DNA of 64,000 nucleotides from an uncultured Methanoregulaceae archaeon (GCA_963717525.1 OY970343.1:1376001-1440000), one strand, 5' to 3'. Shown: positions 1-11,162, counted from the stretch's first letter. Numbers and translations: made by a program. The notes: a model not told the origin generated them from the letters alone.

Positions 1-778
1 CTTCACCTATGGAAACGTGAGTGTTTCATCGGTCACTGTGGTCAACAACTCCCTGCCGACCATCGAATTCTCGAACAATCCTTCGGACTCATGGAAGGCC
101 AGCACGTCGGATTTCGTGCAGGCACTTATTAACCTGGGGACCGTCAAAGGCTATGTCGCGAACAGTTCCAACCAGGATGCCGTCCTCTACAACTTCCAGC
201 CGTACACCAGTGCAACAGCCATCCTCGCTTCAAAGAACGTAACCAAACCTGCACCCGTGCAGAACACGGTTGGAGTCGGGTACCTCCTGGCAGTCGACCA
301 CTCCGCACTCTTTGTCGCGGTCAAGGACTGGCAGTACTTCAATGATACTTATGGTATCGCCCTCAAGCCCGAAGACCTGACAGCAGCAAAACCGGCTGTC
401 GCGGACTTCCTTGTGAACGGCCAGAAAATCGCCACGGTCAACCTTGTGCCGGCAAACGCCGGGCCCAACCTGATGCAGCTTGCAGCCACCAACTCGATCC
501 AGATGTCCTATGTCGGTGTCCCGCCGGCGATCAGCGCTATTGACATAGGCACCCCGATCACGATTGCGTACCCGATCGACAACCTGGGAAGCGGGCTTGT
601 CGTCGCAAACGGCGCACCTGCACAGGACTGGCAGAGTTTCGCCGCATGGGCAAAGGAGCGCTCGGATGCAGGAAAACCGCTGGTGATTGCAGCGCCCGGC
701 AAGGGATCCATTCAGGATGTCATGATCCGCAGCGCCCTGCAGAGCAGCGGAATTGCCGTCACCGAAGTGAAAGTTTGA
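1..778 (+). CDS. ABC transporter substrate-binding protein (SsuA/NrtA/TauA-like), probably 5'-truncated by window edge
   Basis: SBP-like C-terminal part (YVGVPPAI, PGKGSIQD); upstream of permease and ATPase. Confidence 0.7.
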   Translation, partial: FTYGNVSVSSVTVVNNSLPTIEFSNNPSDSWKASTSDFVQALINLGTVKGYVANSSNQDAVLYNFQPYTSATAILASKNVTKPAPVQNTVGVGYLLAVDHSALFVAVKDWQYFNDTYGIALKPEDLTAAKPAVADFLVNGQKIATVNLVPANAGPNLMQLAATNSIQMSYVGVPPAISAIDIGTPITIAYPIDNLGSGLVVANGAPAQDWQSFAAWAKERSDAGKPLVIAAPGKGSIQDVMIRSALQSSGIAVTEVKV

Positions 779-809
779 TGAGGATAGCGTGTCATTATAA
801 TCAGGAACA

Positions 810-1571
810 ATGACACGGCGTCTCGGATTGGTATTGCCCGTACTTCTCATCATCGGGTGGGAGGTCGCGGCAATTATCGTCAACAACCCTTTTTTCCTGC
901 CGAAACTTGAGACGGTAATCCCGGTGCTGCTTTCCCCGTTTTCAGATATCCTCGGCACCGGCAGTCTTGTCGAAAACGCCCTGGTGAGTATCGAACGTGT
1001 GGTCTTAGGGTTCGCTCTTGCCGCAGCCGTGGCCATCCCCCTTGGGATAGGCATGGGCAGGTTTGCCGTGCTCAATGATTTTTTTGATGTCACGCTGGAG
1101 CTCCTCCGCCCGGTTCCTCCTCTTGCGTGGGTGCCTCTTGCACTGGCTTGGTTCAAGATCGGGATTGTCTCTATCGTATTCATCATCTTTATCGGGGCAA
1201 TATTCCCTATTCTGCTCAATACGGTAGACGGGGTACGGGGAATCAAGAATACCTGGGTCGAAGTGAGCACGACTCTTGGGGCGAGCGAACGCCAGATCCT
1301 CACGAAGGTTGTTCTGCCGGGCGCCGCCCCGACCATCTGGACCGGCCTCCGGGTTGGCTTTGGGATCTCGTGGATGTGCGTGGTGGCCGCAGAGATCCTG
1401 CCGGGTCCGACATCAGGTCTCGGTTACCTGATCATGTACGCCTACAATCTGGGGCAGATCAACGTGATCATTGCCGGCATCATCGTGATCGGCCTGATCG
1501 GCCTCGCGGTTGACCAGGGCTTCAAAGCAGTGGAGAAACGCTGGTTCGGGTGGAGGGGGCTGGAACGATGA
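810..1571 (+). CDS. ABC transporter permease (nitrate/sulfonate family)
   Basis: LRPVPPLAWVP, EAA-like loop, VVAAE...SGLG motifs. Confidence 0.9.
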   Translation: MTRRLGLVLPVLLIIGWEVAAIIVNNPFFLPKLETVIPVLLSPFSDILGTGSLVENALVSIERVVLGFALAAAVAIPLGIGMGRFAVLNDFFDVTLELLRPVPPLAWVPLALAWFKIGIVSIVFIIFIGAIFPILLNTVDGVRGIKNTWVEVSTTLGASERQILTKVVLPGAAPTIWTGLRVGFGISWMCVVAAEILPGPTSGLGYLIMYAYNLGQINVIIAGIIVIGLIGLAVDQGFKAVEKRWFGWRGLER

Positions 1572-2329
1572 CGCTGGTCATCAGTGATCTATCAAGGACA
1601 TTTTCTTCAGAGAATGCAGAGACGATCGAAGCACTCTCCCATATCTCGCTTTCCGTCAATAACGAGGAGTTCATCTGCATTCTCGGGCCGTCGGGATGTG
1701 GCAAGACCACCTTACTCCGCATCGTTGCCGGGCTTGAATCCGCGTCATCCGGGTCGGTATCTGTTGACGGGATGCCGGTGACCCGCCCGAGCCCGAAAAT
1801 GGCAATGATCTTCCAGGAGTATTCCCTCTACCCGTGGCGGACGGTAGAGGAGAACGTGATGCTCGGCCTTGAACTACGGGGGATGAATAAACCGGACCGC
1901 ATGACAGCTGCGGAGAAGTACCTCGATCTCGTGGGCCTCAAAGGGTTCGAAAAGAGGTACCCCCACGAGCTCTCCGGGGGGATGAGGCAGAGGGTGGCCG
2001 TGGCACGGGCACTTGCCATCGAGCCATCCATCCTACTCATGGATGAGCCATTCGGGGCGCTCGATGCCCAGACCCGTAACCGGATGCAACATGAACTGCT
2101 CCGGATCTGGGAGAAGACAAAAAAGACGATCCTCTTTGTGACCCACAGCGTTGACGAAGCCGTGTTCCTTGCTGACCGCATCGTCGTTCTTACGCAGCGC
2201 CCGGGCAGGATCAAGGAAACTGTCACCATCCCGGGCGCCCGTCCCCGCGAGCGTACAAGTGAAGAATTCGGCCAGGTCCGGCGTCACCTGCTCGATATGA
2301 TCCGGGAAGAGTCGGATCTCATCCAGTAA
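1568..2329 (+). CDS. ABC transporter ATP-binding protein (nitrate/sulfonate family)
   Basis: GPSGCGKT, LSGGMRQR, LLMDEPFGALD. Confidence 0.95.
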   Translation: MTLVISDLSRTFSSENAETIEALSHISLSVNNEEFICILGPSGCGKTTLLRIVAGLESASSGSVSVDGMPVTRPSPKMAMIFQEYSLYPWRTVEENVMLGLELRGMNKPDRMTAAEKYLDLVGLKGFEKRYPHELSGGMRQRVAVARALAIEPSILLMDEPFGALDAQTRNRMQHELLRIWEKTKKTILFVTHSVDEAVFLADRIVVLTQRPGRIKETVTIPGARPRERTSEEFGQVRRHLLDMIREESDLIQ

Positions 2330-2451
2330 GGTTTAATACGCTCAATCTCTATTTTATAAAAGCAGTTTGTGAAGTGTGCCGGCACGACAGCCTTGTATTA
2401 TCTGTGTTTTCGTGCCTGCTTTTACGATTCATACACTAGGAGTAGGACGCA

Positions 2452-3226
2452 ATGGTAAGAAAACCGGGGAAGATGTACAGGAACCTTGCAAAGAAGGCCT
2501 ATACACGGCGTGAGTACATGGGCGGGGTTCCCGGCAACAAGATTGTACAGTTTGAGATGGGAAACCTCTCCCAGGAATTCCCGACAGAGATTGACCTGAT
2601 TGTCGAGGAGACCTGCCAGATCCGGCATAGCGCCCTTGAGGCATCCCGTATCTCGATCAACAGGAAGCTCTTGAAGGATGTCGGAAGGACAAACTTTCAC
2701 TTCAAGGTCCGTGTCTTCCCGCACCACGTGCTCCGCGAGAACAAGCAGGCAACCGGTGCAGGGGCAGACCGTGTCTCGGAAGGTATGCGCCTTGCATTCG
2801 GCAAGGCGGTAGGGACGGCAGCACGGGTCGAGGCCGGGCAGATCATATTCACGGTTTATTCAAATGCCCAGTACCCTGGACAAGATCAAGGCCGCAATGA
2901 GAAACGGGGCCCACAAGCTCCCGACCCCATCCCATCTCAAGGTCCACACCATCAAGGTGAGCGGCAGGATCGTCGCAGCTCCGAAGATCGCCGGTGATAA
3001 GATCGCAGCACCGGTCAAGGTCGAGGCTGAAACCGAAGCAGTGGCAGCAGAACCGGCAGCGAAGGGTGCAGAGGCTGCAAAGGGCGCAGACCACAAGGGT
3101 GGTGCGCACAAGGGTGCTGAACCCGCCAAGGCAGAACCGGCAGCGAAGGGTGCAGAGGCTGCAAAGGGCGCAGACCACAAGGGTGGAAAGGCTGCCCCGG
3201 CCAAGGGTGGCAAGGACAAGAAATAA
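2452..3226 (+). CDS. rpl10e: 50S ribosomal protein uL16 (L10e) with Ala/Lys-rich C-terminal tail; one apparent +1 indel near 2875
   Basis: [11 protein letters not shown] and [17 protein letters not shown]; continues in ORF 2864..3226 (HKLPTP). Confidence 0.9.
3047..3186 (+). repeat. 56-bp exact direct repeat (3047-3102 and 3131-3186) within the uL16 tail
   Basis: gcagaaccggcagcgaagggtgcagaggctgcaaagggcgcagaccacaagggtgg occurs twice. Confidence 0.9.
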
Positions 3227-3256
3227 CCGGATCCCCCGGTCTTTTCTTTCCTTTTT
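3226..3256 (+). terminator. Hairpin plus T-tract after rpl10e
   Basis: ACCGG-atccc-CCGGT followed by cttttctttccttttt. Confidence 0.5.
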
Positions 3257-3411
3257 GAGACTCTGGAAAGCGGGATCGTCCGGCAGCACGCTTCTTTTTT
3301 TAGACTTTTTTTATCTTCTCAAAAGACCGTCTGATAACCCGGCCCCGGCATACTGCATCCCTGCCGCCAGTCGCACAGTATATAACCTCCCTGCCGCCTA
3401 ACTATGGATAA

Positions 3412-4248
3412 ATGCAGCGAGGGGAGACAGCGGGTCTGCGGGAGGCACTGGCAACCGCAACGTGCAGGGCCATGAGGGATGCGGTCATATACCTGCCCGC
3501 TGATGTAAAACAGGCGATTGAACGAGCTGCCGCCTCCGAGACAAATGCAGTGGCTGTAGGGGAATATGAAAATATAACAAAGAATATTGTTGCAGCCGAG
3601 CACCTGGGCGTACCACTCTGCCAAGACACCGGTGTGCCGGTTGTCTACCTCACCATGCCCCCAGGTGTGCCGTTCTCCCGGGTTCTTTTTGATGCTATCG
3701 CAGATGGCATCCGCCGGGCAACAAACGAGGTTCCGTTGCGCCCCAACGTTGTCAATCCCCTCACCCGTCACAATTCAGGGGATAATACCGGGGTTGGGAT
3801 GCCTGCAATCCATGTACGGCCCGGTGAGCGGTTTGCAGTGACCGTGATGCCCAAGGGCGCCGGGGCAGAGAATGTGTCCCGGGTGGTGATGCTCCTGCCA
3901 TCACAGGTTGGGAAGATCGAAGAGGTCGTGGTCGGGACGATGCTGATTGCCGAAGGACGGCCCTGCCCGCCGGTTGTGCTGGGGGTGGGGATCGGGGGCA
4001 CGTTCGATTCCGCCCCGGCACTTGCCAAGGAGGCTCTGCTCCAGCCGATCGACCGGATGGACGCATTCGAACAGAAACTCTGCGACGCAGTGAACCGTCT
4101 TGGGATCGGCCCGATGGGGCTTGGCGGAAATACCACGGCGCTTGCCGTCAAGATAAAGACCGCGGCATGCCATACCGCCTCACTCCCTGTCGCCGTGAAC
4201 GTGCAGTGCTGGGCAAACCGGCATGCAACCGTGGAGGTGGACTGGTGA
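3412..4248 (+). CDS. Fe-S hydro-lyase (class I fumarate hydratase) alpha subunit
   Basis: PLCQDTG, KGAGAEN, GIGPMGLGG, CHTASLPVAVNVQCWA. Confidence 0.92.
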   Translation: MQRGETAGLREALATATCRAMRDAVIYLPADVKQAIERAAASETNAVAVGEYENITKNIVAAEHLGVPLCQDTGVPVVYLTMPPGVPFSRVLFDAIADGIRRATNEVPLRPNVVNPLTRHNSGDNTGVGMPAIHVRPGERFAVTVMPKGAGAENVSRVVMLLPSQVGKIEEVVVGTMLIAEGRPCPPVVLGVGIGGTFDSAPALAKEALLQPIDRMDAFEQKLCDAVNRLGIGPMGLGGNTTALAVKIKTAACHTASLPVAVNVQCWANRHATVEVDW

Positions 4249-4807
4249 GCAAAAAGCTGTCAGGCTGACGACGCCCCTTGGGGATGAGATCCTCGCCCTC
4301 CACGCGGGGGACAGGGTCGAGCTTTCAGGCCTCGTCTACACTGCACGCGACGAGGCACATCTCCGTATGGAAAAAGAGGGGATCCCGTTTGACCCGAAGG
4401 GGGCCGTGATCTACCATTGCGGCCCGGTAATAAAAGACGACAGGATCGTGGCCGCAGGGCCGACCACCTCGGCCCGGATGAACACCCTCTCCGGCTTCCT
4501 GCTCGACCGGGGGGTCAGGGGACTCATCGGGAAAGGCGGAATGAATGCCACCGTGCGTGAGCAGCTCCGGGGACGAGGCGTCTATTTTGCCTTTACCGGG
4601 GGCTGTGCGGCGCTTGCTGCATCGCACATGACGCTGAAAGGCGTCCACTTCCCGGATCTTGGCATGGCAGAAGCGGTCTGGGTAATCGAGCTTGACCGGC
4701 TGCCCCTCGTGGTTGGGATCGATACACACGGCAACGATCTCTTCGAGGCCGTGCGGGAACATGCACAACATGCATCAGGGCCGGGACAGAGACGGGAATG
4801 CACGTAA
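4223..4807 (+). CDS. Fe-S hydro-lyase (fumarate hydratase) beta subunit; start uncertain
   Basis: TARDEAH, YHCGP, GPTTSARM, IGKGG, LGMAEAVW. Confidence 0.9.
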   Translation: MQPWRWTGEQKAVRLTTPLGDEILALHAGDRVELSGLVYTARDEAHLRMEKEGIPFDPKGAVIYHCGPVIKDDRIVAAGPTTSARMNTLSGFLLDRGVRGLIGKGGMNATVREQLRGRGVYFAFTGGCAALAASHMTLKGVHFPDLGMAEAVWVIELDRLPLVVGIDTHGNDLFEAVREHAQHASGPGQRRECT

Positions 4808-4856
4808 CACATAGATTTTTTTCACCTCACTGGCTACATAGATAGGACAGATCCAG

Positions 4857-5129
4857 ATGAAACTCGCCATTGACGAGACCCGGTGCAAGGGCTGCAATCT
4901 CTGTACAAAGGTCTGCCCGTACCGGATTTTCAAAGAGGGGAAAAACCCTAACCGGCGGGGGATCATCGTGCCGGAACTTGACCGGCCGGAGCGCTGCACC
5001 AACTGCAGGCTCCGCCATCTCTACGGACGGCAGCTCTGCGGCGTCTGCCAGCTCACTTGTCCCGACCAGGCTATTCACTGGGTAGAGGAAGAACCGTACG
5101 AACCCCATAAGGTGGCGATTGAATATTGA
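4857..5129 (+). CDS. korD: 2-oxoglutarate:ferredoxin oxidoreductase delta (4Fe-4S) subunit
   Basis: CKGCNLCTKVCP and CGVCQLTCPDQAI; leads the kor operon. Confidence 0.8.
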   Translation: MKLAIDETRCKGCNLCTKVCPYRIFKEGKNPNRRGIIVPELDRPERCTNCRLRHLYGRQLCGVCQLTCPDQAIHWVEEEPYEPHKVAIEY

Positions 5130-6229
5130 CGTCGAGACTTGAATTCTGGCAGGGAAACATTGCGTCCGCAGAAGGTGCCCTTGCGGCAGGATGCCGGTTC
5201 TTCGGGGGATACCCGATAACCCCCTCGACGGAGGTGGCTGAGCATATGGCCGTGAAGCTGCCGAAAAAGGGCGGGGTCTTTATCCAGATGGAGGACGAAC
5301 TGGCGAGTATCGCCTCCGTCATCGGTGCTGCATGGACCGGCGCCCGGGCGATGACGGCGACGAGCGGCCCGGGATTTTCCCTGATGATGGAAAATATCGG
5401 GTACGCGGCGATGACCGAGACTCCCTGCGTGATCGTGAACGTGCAGCGGGGCGGCCCCTCCACCGGCCAGCCCACGATGGCTGCACAGGGGGATATGATG
5501 CAGTGCCGGTTCGGGTCACATGGCGATTATGCAATTATTGCGCTTTGTCCCGCAAGCGTACAGGAAATGTACGATCTCACGGTAAAGGCGTTCAACCTTG
5601 CAGACCGGTTCCGGGTGCCGGTTTTTCTGATGGCTGACGAGGTGATCGGGCACATGCGGGAACGCATAATCGTACCAGAAACTGTAGAGAATACCGGCCG
5701 GCGTTTGTCCCCGGCACCCCGCCGTTTAAACCGGGCAGCGGGGAGCCTCATTCCCGGGTTCCCCGAATTCGGGAAAGGCTACGAGACACATGTGACCGGG
5801 CTCACTCATGATGAGCGGGGATACCCGTGCGCAACAAACCCCGGCCTGCACGCAACACTCGTAAAAAGACTCGTGGACAAGATCGAATCGGCAACAGAGG
5901 AACTCGCGGATTTCGATGTGATCAATCCCGATGCAGAGCAGGTGTTTATCGCATACGGCGCACCCGTCCGCACCGTCCAGCAGGTGATCGCCGATCACAC
6001 GGGGAAGAATATCGGCTTTTTGCGGATCCGTACGGTCTGGCCGTTCCCCTCCCACGCACTGGCACTCTTTCGGCACGCCCGGCGGTTTATCGTCCCTGAA
6101 CTTAATCTCGGCCAGATCGCCCGGGAGATCGAGCGGCACACGGAGGTGCCGGTCATATCCGTTCCGAAGCTTGGCGGGGACCTGCATACACCGGCAGAAC
6201 TCTCTGGTATCTGGGAGGCAAAGGCATGA
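5126..6229 (+). CDS. korA: 2-oxoglutarate:ferredoxin oxidoreductase alpha subunit
   Basis: GYPITPSTE, QMEDE, TATSGPGFSLM, QRGGPSTG. Confidence 0.9.
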   Translation: MTSRLEFWQGNIASAEGALAAGCRFFGGYPITPSTEVAEHMAVKLPKKGGVFIQMEDELASIASVIGAAWTGARAMTATSGPGFSLMMENIGYAAMTETPCVIVNVQRGGPSTGQPTMAAQGDMMQCRFGSHGDYAIIALCPASVQEMYDLTVKAFNLADRFRVPVFLMADEVIGHMRERIIVPETVENTGRRLSPAPRRLNRAAGSLIPGFPEFGKGYETHVTGLTHDERGYPCATNPGLHATLVKRLVDKIESATEELADFDVINPDAEQVFIAYGAPVRTVQQVIADHTGKNIGFLRIRTVWPFPSHALALFRHARRFIVPELNLGQIAREIERHTEVPVISVPKLGGDLHTPAELSGIWEAKA

Positions 6230-7029
6230 GTTTTGAGGACTGGTTCCGGCAGGACCGGCTGCCCCATATCTATTGCGCCGGCTGCGGGAACGGCACGATC
6301 ATCAACTGCACGCTTGCAGCCGTAGATTCCATGGGCTGGAGGAAAGAGGATACGGTCTTTGTGTCCGGCATCGGTTGCTCATCACGGGCACCGGGCTATA
6401 TCGTCACCGATTCGCTCCACACGACCCACGGGCGGGCGCTTGCCTTTGCCACCGGCGTCAAGATGGCAAACCCGAAACTCCATGTTGTTGTCTTTACCGG
6501 GGACGGGGATCTTGCGGCCATTGGCGGTAACCATTTTATCCACGCCTGCCGCCGGAACATCGATCTCACCGTAGTCTGTATGAACAACCAGATCTATGGC
6601 ATGACCGGCGGCCAGGGCAGCCCAACCACCCCCCGGGGATGCCTCTCGACCACCACACCGTACGGGTGCGCCGAGCCGGCCTTCGATCTCTCGGAGCTCG
6701 CAATTGCCGCGGGTGCAAACTATGTCTCCCGATGGACCTCCTATCACGTTAAGGAACTCGAGCGGGCGGTGAAAGCGGGTCTTGAGACACCCGGGTTCTC
6801 GTTTATCGAGGCGCTGGTCCAGTGCCCGACAAATTTCGGGCGCCGGAACAAGTTCCGTCAGGTGGCTGACCAGATCGAGTATCTTAAGGCGCACTCACTT
6901 TTAAAGGCAAAACGGGACCGGATGCTTGAACAGGGCGAGGCGATCCCGGAGGATATGTATATTGTCGGGGAACTGATGCGGCGCAATAGGCCCGCAATGG
7001 GGCTGCCACCCCCGGAGGCAAAGCCATGA
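6226..7029 (+). CDS. korB: 2-oxoglutarate:ferredoxin oxidoreductase beta subunit
   Basis: CAGCG, SGIGCS, GDGD, NNQIYGMTGGQ. Confidence 0.92.
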   Translation: MSFEDWFRQDRLPHIYCAGCGNGTIINCTLAAVDSMGWRKEDTVFVSGIGCSSRAPGYIVTDSLHTTHGRALAFATGVKMANPKLHVVVFTGDGDLAAIGGNHFIHACRRNIDLTVVCMNNQIYGMTGGQGSPTTPRGCLSTTTPYGCAEPAFDLSELAIAAGANYVSRWTSYHVKELERAVKAGLETPGFSFIEALVQCPTNFGRRNKFRQVADQIEYLKAHSLLKAKRDRMLEQGEAIPEDMYIVGELMRRNRPAMGLPPPEAKP

Positions 7030-7565
7030 GGCGCGAGGTCAGGTTCTCCGGGTTTGGCGGGCAGGGAATCATCCTCTCCGCGGTCATTCTCGGGCGTGCG
7101 GCGGTGATGTACGACCACAAGTTCGCGGTGCAGACACAGGTCTACGGACCCGAGGCCCGGGGCGGGGCCTCAATGAGCGCGTTGATCATCGACGATGAGG
7201 AGATCCTTTACCCCAAGGTGGCAAATCCCGATCTCTTTGTGATCATGTCCCAGGAAGGATTCGAGAAGTACGGTGCCGCCACCCGGCCCGATGCCATCAT
7301 GATTCTCGACTCCTCTCTCGTCCATTCACGCCCGGACTGCACGTTTTATGAGATCCCGGCGACGGCAGAGGCGAAAAAAACGCTTGGCCGGGATATTGTC
7401 GCAAATATCGTGATGCTCGGGGCGCTTGTCAGGTATACACACGTCGTCAGTGAAGAGGCGCTCAAGAAAGCAATCCTCGATTCCGTGCCAAAAGGCACAG
7501 AGGCGCTCAACACGAAAGCCATGGAGCTCGGGATAGCTCTTGCAGGAGGGGAAAAACAGCCATGA
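7026..7565 (+). CDS. korC: 2-oxoglutarate:ferredoxin oxidoreductase gamma subunit
   Basis: GFGGQG, YGPEARGG. Confidence 0.9.
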   Translation: MRREVRFSGFGGQGIILSAVILGRAAVMYDHKFAVQTQVYGPEARGGASMSALIIDDEEILYPKVANPDLFVIMSQEGFEKYGAATRPDAIMILDSSLVHSRPDCTFYEIPATAEAKKTLGRDIVANIVMLGALVRYTHVVSEEALKKAILDSVPKGTEALNTKAMELGIALAGGEKQP

Positions 7566-8648
7566 AACTCCGTGAATACGAGGCAAAGAATGTGATAAAG
7601 GCAGCCGGGATCCCGGTCCCGGCGGGATTCCTGATACGCTCTCCGGATGAACTTACTCCGCACCTTGCGGAGCTTGGCGATGCGTTTGTTCTCAAGGCAC
7701 AGGTGGACGTCGGCGGGAGGGGTAAGGCCGGCGGCATCCTGATGGCTGACAAGGCCTCGGGCGTGATAGTCGCAAAGGAGCTTTTCGGAAAGCAGATCAA
7801 GGGCCTGCCCGTGAAGGAGATCCTGAGCTGAGCAGAAGCTCGGGATCCAGCACGAGTACTACCTCTCGATCACCGTAGACCGCTCGAACCGGCAGCCGCT
7901 TATCCTCTTCACCGAAGCAGGGGGGGTTGAGATTGAGATCACTGCAAAGGAACACCCGGAGTTGATCCGGAAGGTTGTCGCAAACCCTCTCATGAAAGAC
8001 CTCCCACCCTTCATGATCCGGGAACTTCTCGGTACGGCCCCAAAGGAGATCGGGCCGATCATCAACAGGCTTTACCGGGTCTTCATCGAGAAGGACGCGC
8101 TGCTTGCCGAGATCAACCCGCTGGTCATAACGCCGTCCGGCGTCTTTGCCGCGGATGCGAAGATCATCGTGGACGACAATGCGCTGGGCAGGCAGGGGAT
8201 CACGGTTAACCGCGATCTCTCGGAGCGGGAGCGGGAGGCCGAGAAGCACGGCTTCTCCTACGTGGAGCTTGACGGAAAGATCGGCGTGATCGGCAATGGT
8301 GCCGGTCTCACGATGGCGACGCTTGACCTTATCGAGTATTACGGGGGGAAGGCGGCAAACTTCCTTGACGTAGGCGGCGGGGCCGAGAGCGAACGGGTGA
8401 AAAACGCGGTCCGGCTCGTGGCGAGCGTCCCGACCGTCAGGGTCATCGTGGTGAATCTGCTCGGCGGCATCACAAAGTGTGACGAGGTGGCCAAGGGAAT
8501 CATCGCGGCAGGTATCTCCCAGAAGGTGATCGTCAGGCTCGCGGGAACGAACGAGGATGAAGGGAGGCGGCTTCTCTCCGAAAAGGGTTACGAAATGCTG
8601 GACACCATGGACCTCGTGGTGAAGAAGGCTGTGGAGGTGACCGCATGA
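7562..8648 (+). CDS. sucC: Succinyl-CoA synthetase beta subunit; apparent +1 indel near 7827
   Basis: KAQV..GGRGKAGG in ORF 7562..7831; EINPL, GNGAGL, NFLDVGGG in ORF 7962..8648. Confidence 0.9.
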
Positions 8649-9523
8649 TCTACGGTGACAGGAACACCGGCCTCCTTGTGCAGGGTGCGACCGGCAAGCA
8701 GGGCGAGTTCCACATCGGCCTGATGAACGCGTACGCGAAGCAGGTCGGCGGCAATGGCGTCGTTGCCGGTGTGACGCCCGGCAAGGGTGGGCAACAGGTG
8801 CACGGGGTTCCCGTGTACAATACTGTGAAGGAGGCCATGAAGGAGCACGACATCGGTGCAGCGGTCATCTTCGTTCCCGCGGGGGCGGCTGCAGACGCCA
8901 TCATGGAGGAGGCGAACGCCGGCATCACAACTATTGTCTGCATTACCGAGCATATCCCGGTGCAGGACACCATGAAGGCGATCGCGTACGCGAGGATGGA
9001 GGGCGCCAGCGTGATCGGTCCCAACTGTCCCGGACTCCTTTCGCCCGGAGAAGTAAAGATGGGGATCATGCCCGCCGGGCTCTTCTCGCGGGGCAACGTG
9101 GGGGTCATCTCGCGGAGTGGCACGCTCACCTACGAGGTTGTGGACGAGCTCTCCCGGGCCGGCATCGGCCAGAGTACCGTGGTCGGCATCGGAGGCGACC
9201 CGGTCATCGGGCAGACGTTCGTGGACGTCCTGGGGCGGTTCGAGAAGGATCCGCAGACCAAGGCGGTCGTCCTGATTGGGGAGGTCGGAGGGAATCTGGA
9301 AGAGGAGGGTGCAACATCCACCAACCTGCCGATCGTCTCCTACATTGCCGGTGTCTCTGCCCCACCGGATAAGCGGATGGGACATGCGGGAGCGATCGTT
9401 GAGGGGGGCGAGGGCGATGCGAAATCCAAGATCGCACGCCTTAAGAAGCACGGCGTGCCGGTAGCCTCCCGCGTTTCGGAGATCCCGGACTTGGTCCGGG
9501 ATCTCTTCCGCTGCCACTGCTGA
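8645..9523 (+). CDS. sucD: Succinyl-CoA synthetase alpha subunit
   Basis: [26 protein letters not shown]. Confidence 0.95.
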   Translation: MIYGDRNTGLLVQGATGKQGEFHIGLMNAYAKQVGGNGVVAGVTPGKGGQQVHGVPVYNTVKEAMKEHDIGAAVIFVPAGAAADAIMEEANAGITTIVCITEHIPVQDTMKAIAYARMEGASVIGPNCPGLLSPGEVKMGIMPAGLFSRGNVGVISRSGTLTYEVVDELSRAGIGQSTVVGIGGDPVIGQTFVDVLGRFEKDPQTKAVVLIGEVGGNLEEEGATSTNLPIVSYIAGVSAPPDKRMGHAGAIVEGGEGDAKSKIARLKKHGVPVASRVSEIPDLVRDLFRCHC

Positions 9524-9634
9524 TGGCACGGCAATACACCCCCTCTTTTTACCCGCTAAACGGAGAGTCTTTGTCAACAGTTGTGGGGCACTGAAATCCC
9601 AAAAAAAAGGATACTGAACATGGAACCCGCGGCA

Positions 9635-10456
9635 TTACCGCACAACCGCCGACGCATGCGCATCGAACGGGTTTGTCCGCATCGCAAGGGAGAACAAGTA
9701 GGGATAGTGCATCTTCAAATGGCGCATGTAGGTCAGCCATTCCATGATCAGCAGGCCGTAGACCCGGTTAATATCTCCTGAAAGATGGGCGAAATCCGAT
9801 GCCGGGAGGTCAGTGAGCTGATCGCGTGCCGCCAGCTCTTCAGTGAGGTGAAAAACTGCCTGGAGGAGAGGGGTGAAGCCTTCGTTTTCGATAATCTGCG
9901 AGTTCTCGAAGAGCGTGAGCAGGATACTCTTGTGTTCGCGCAGGAATCTGTCCAGTCCGGGAAGGTCAAGAGTCCTGCTGTCCAGCATATTCCTGTGATG
10001 CTGAAGGTTACCGGAAGCGCGGGAAAAGTCTTCCTCAGTCCACCTGTCTGACACGACAAGTGCAGATCGTACCTGGTCAGATTTAGGGTCTTTCTCAGAG
10101 AAGCGCCGCAGCAGGCCGTTACCTACTTCGGAAAAAAAGACCCCGACCAGCAAGTTGAGATTCCGCAACCGCACAGACCGCTCCCTGTTCTCGATCATCA
10201 GGTCAAGGCTTGATGCAGCAAGGCCCACAAAACAGCCGACCCCGACAAGGATAATTCCGATCGTGAGCAGTTTACCGGCATCTGTCACCGGGTGGATATC
10301 CCCAAAACCTACCGTTGAAATGGTCACGACGACAAAATAGAATGCGTCAAGTGGGGTCCGGTTTTCAAAGGTCATCATCCCGAACATACCTACGAGAATG
10401 ACGACGATAAGTATCGAGAGGTAGATACGCAAACGGAGATGGATGGTTTTGGTCAC
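9635..10456 (-). CDS. Potassium channel family protein (two TM + pore)
   Basis: DAFYFVVVTISTVGFGDIHP pore signature; start moved to GTG 10456 to avoid the tRNA. Confidence 0.8.
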   Translation of the reverse strand: MTKTIHLRLRIYLSILIVVILVGMFGMMTFENRTPLDAFYFVVVTISTVGFGDIHPVTDAGKLLTIGIILVGVGCFVGLAASSLDLMIENRERSVRLRNLNLLVGVFFSEVGNGLLRRFSEKDPKSDQVRSALVVSDRWTEEDFSRASGNLQHHRNMLDSRTLDLPGLDRFLREHKSILLTLFENSQIIENEGFTPLLQAVFHLTEELAARDQLTDLPASDFAHLSGDINRVYGLLIMEWLTYMRHLKMHYPYLFSLAMRTNPFDAHASAVVR

Positions 10457-10510
10457 GTACGAGATTATATACACCCGGATATATAGGGATTCGTCTGCCG
10501 GGAACAATGA

Positions 10511-10583
10511 TACCCCCGACCAGATTCGAACTGGTGTCGCCGGATCCAAAGTCCTGCATGATTGACCGCTACACTACGGGGGT
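10511..10583 (-). tRNA. tRNA-Gln (TTG)
   Basis: ACCCCCG/CGGGGGT acceptor stem, CTTTGGA anticodon loop, ACCAG-TTCGAAT-CTGGT T arm; one mismatch in anticodon stem. Confidence 0.92.
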
Positions 10584-11162
10584 CCTCGACGATAAGACCA
10601 CTAATCTAACAATTTTCAGATTTCGTGGCTATGTCCCTGTTATATCATTCTCTGATCTCAAAAAAGCATTGATAACCAGACAGGTTATGGGAAATCCGGG
10701 ATGATGGCCGGATCGAATGGAGACCTTGCCAAGTATTTTCGGTCTGAAAGGGGGATGAGATTATTTTCCCACCTGTTTCCCTATTCAGGAAGGCAGGTTT
10801 CACTGGGATACGGTTGGGCACCGCTTGCGAAATTATGCAGCGGAAAAAGGGGAATGGATCCCTGGTTTTTGTAAAAAGAGGAAAAATGGGAAATTTTTGG
10901 AAAATGGAAAATAAAATTCCGCTGCTCCACGAGATAAATACATTATTTATCGTTCCCATTAATTTCGGAAAAATGTGGAAAATCCGGATTTTTTTATCAT
11001 AAAAAACAGCCGGATTTTTTGAGATTGAGCGCACGAAAAACAGGCAGCAGGATCACCCACAAAACCAGAATTCATGAAAACGGAAATGGAAAAAATCCGC
11101 CATTTGTCCGGATCCGGTCTAATTCGGAAAAATATTAAGAAAAACCGGGCCAAAAAACCCCA

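Noticed and set aside
10457..10549. N-terminal extension of the potassium channel ORF
   Set aside because: Overlaps the tRNA-Gln gene; GTG at 10456 is the more plausible start.
10535..10556. A-G mismatch in the tRNA-Gln anticodon stem as editing or pseudo-tRNA
   Set aside because: A single base in an error-prone assembly; the rest of the cloverleaf is canonical.
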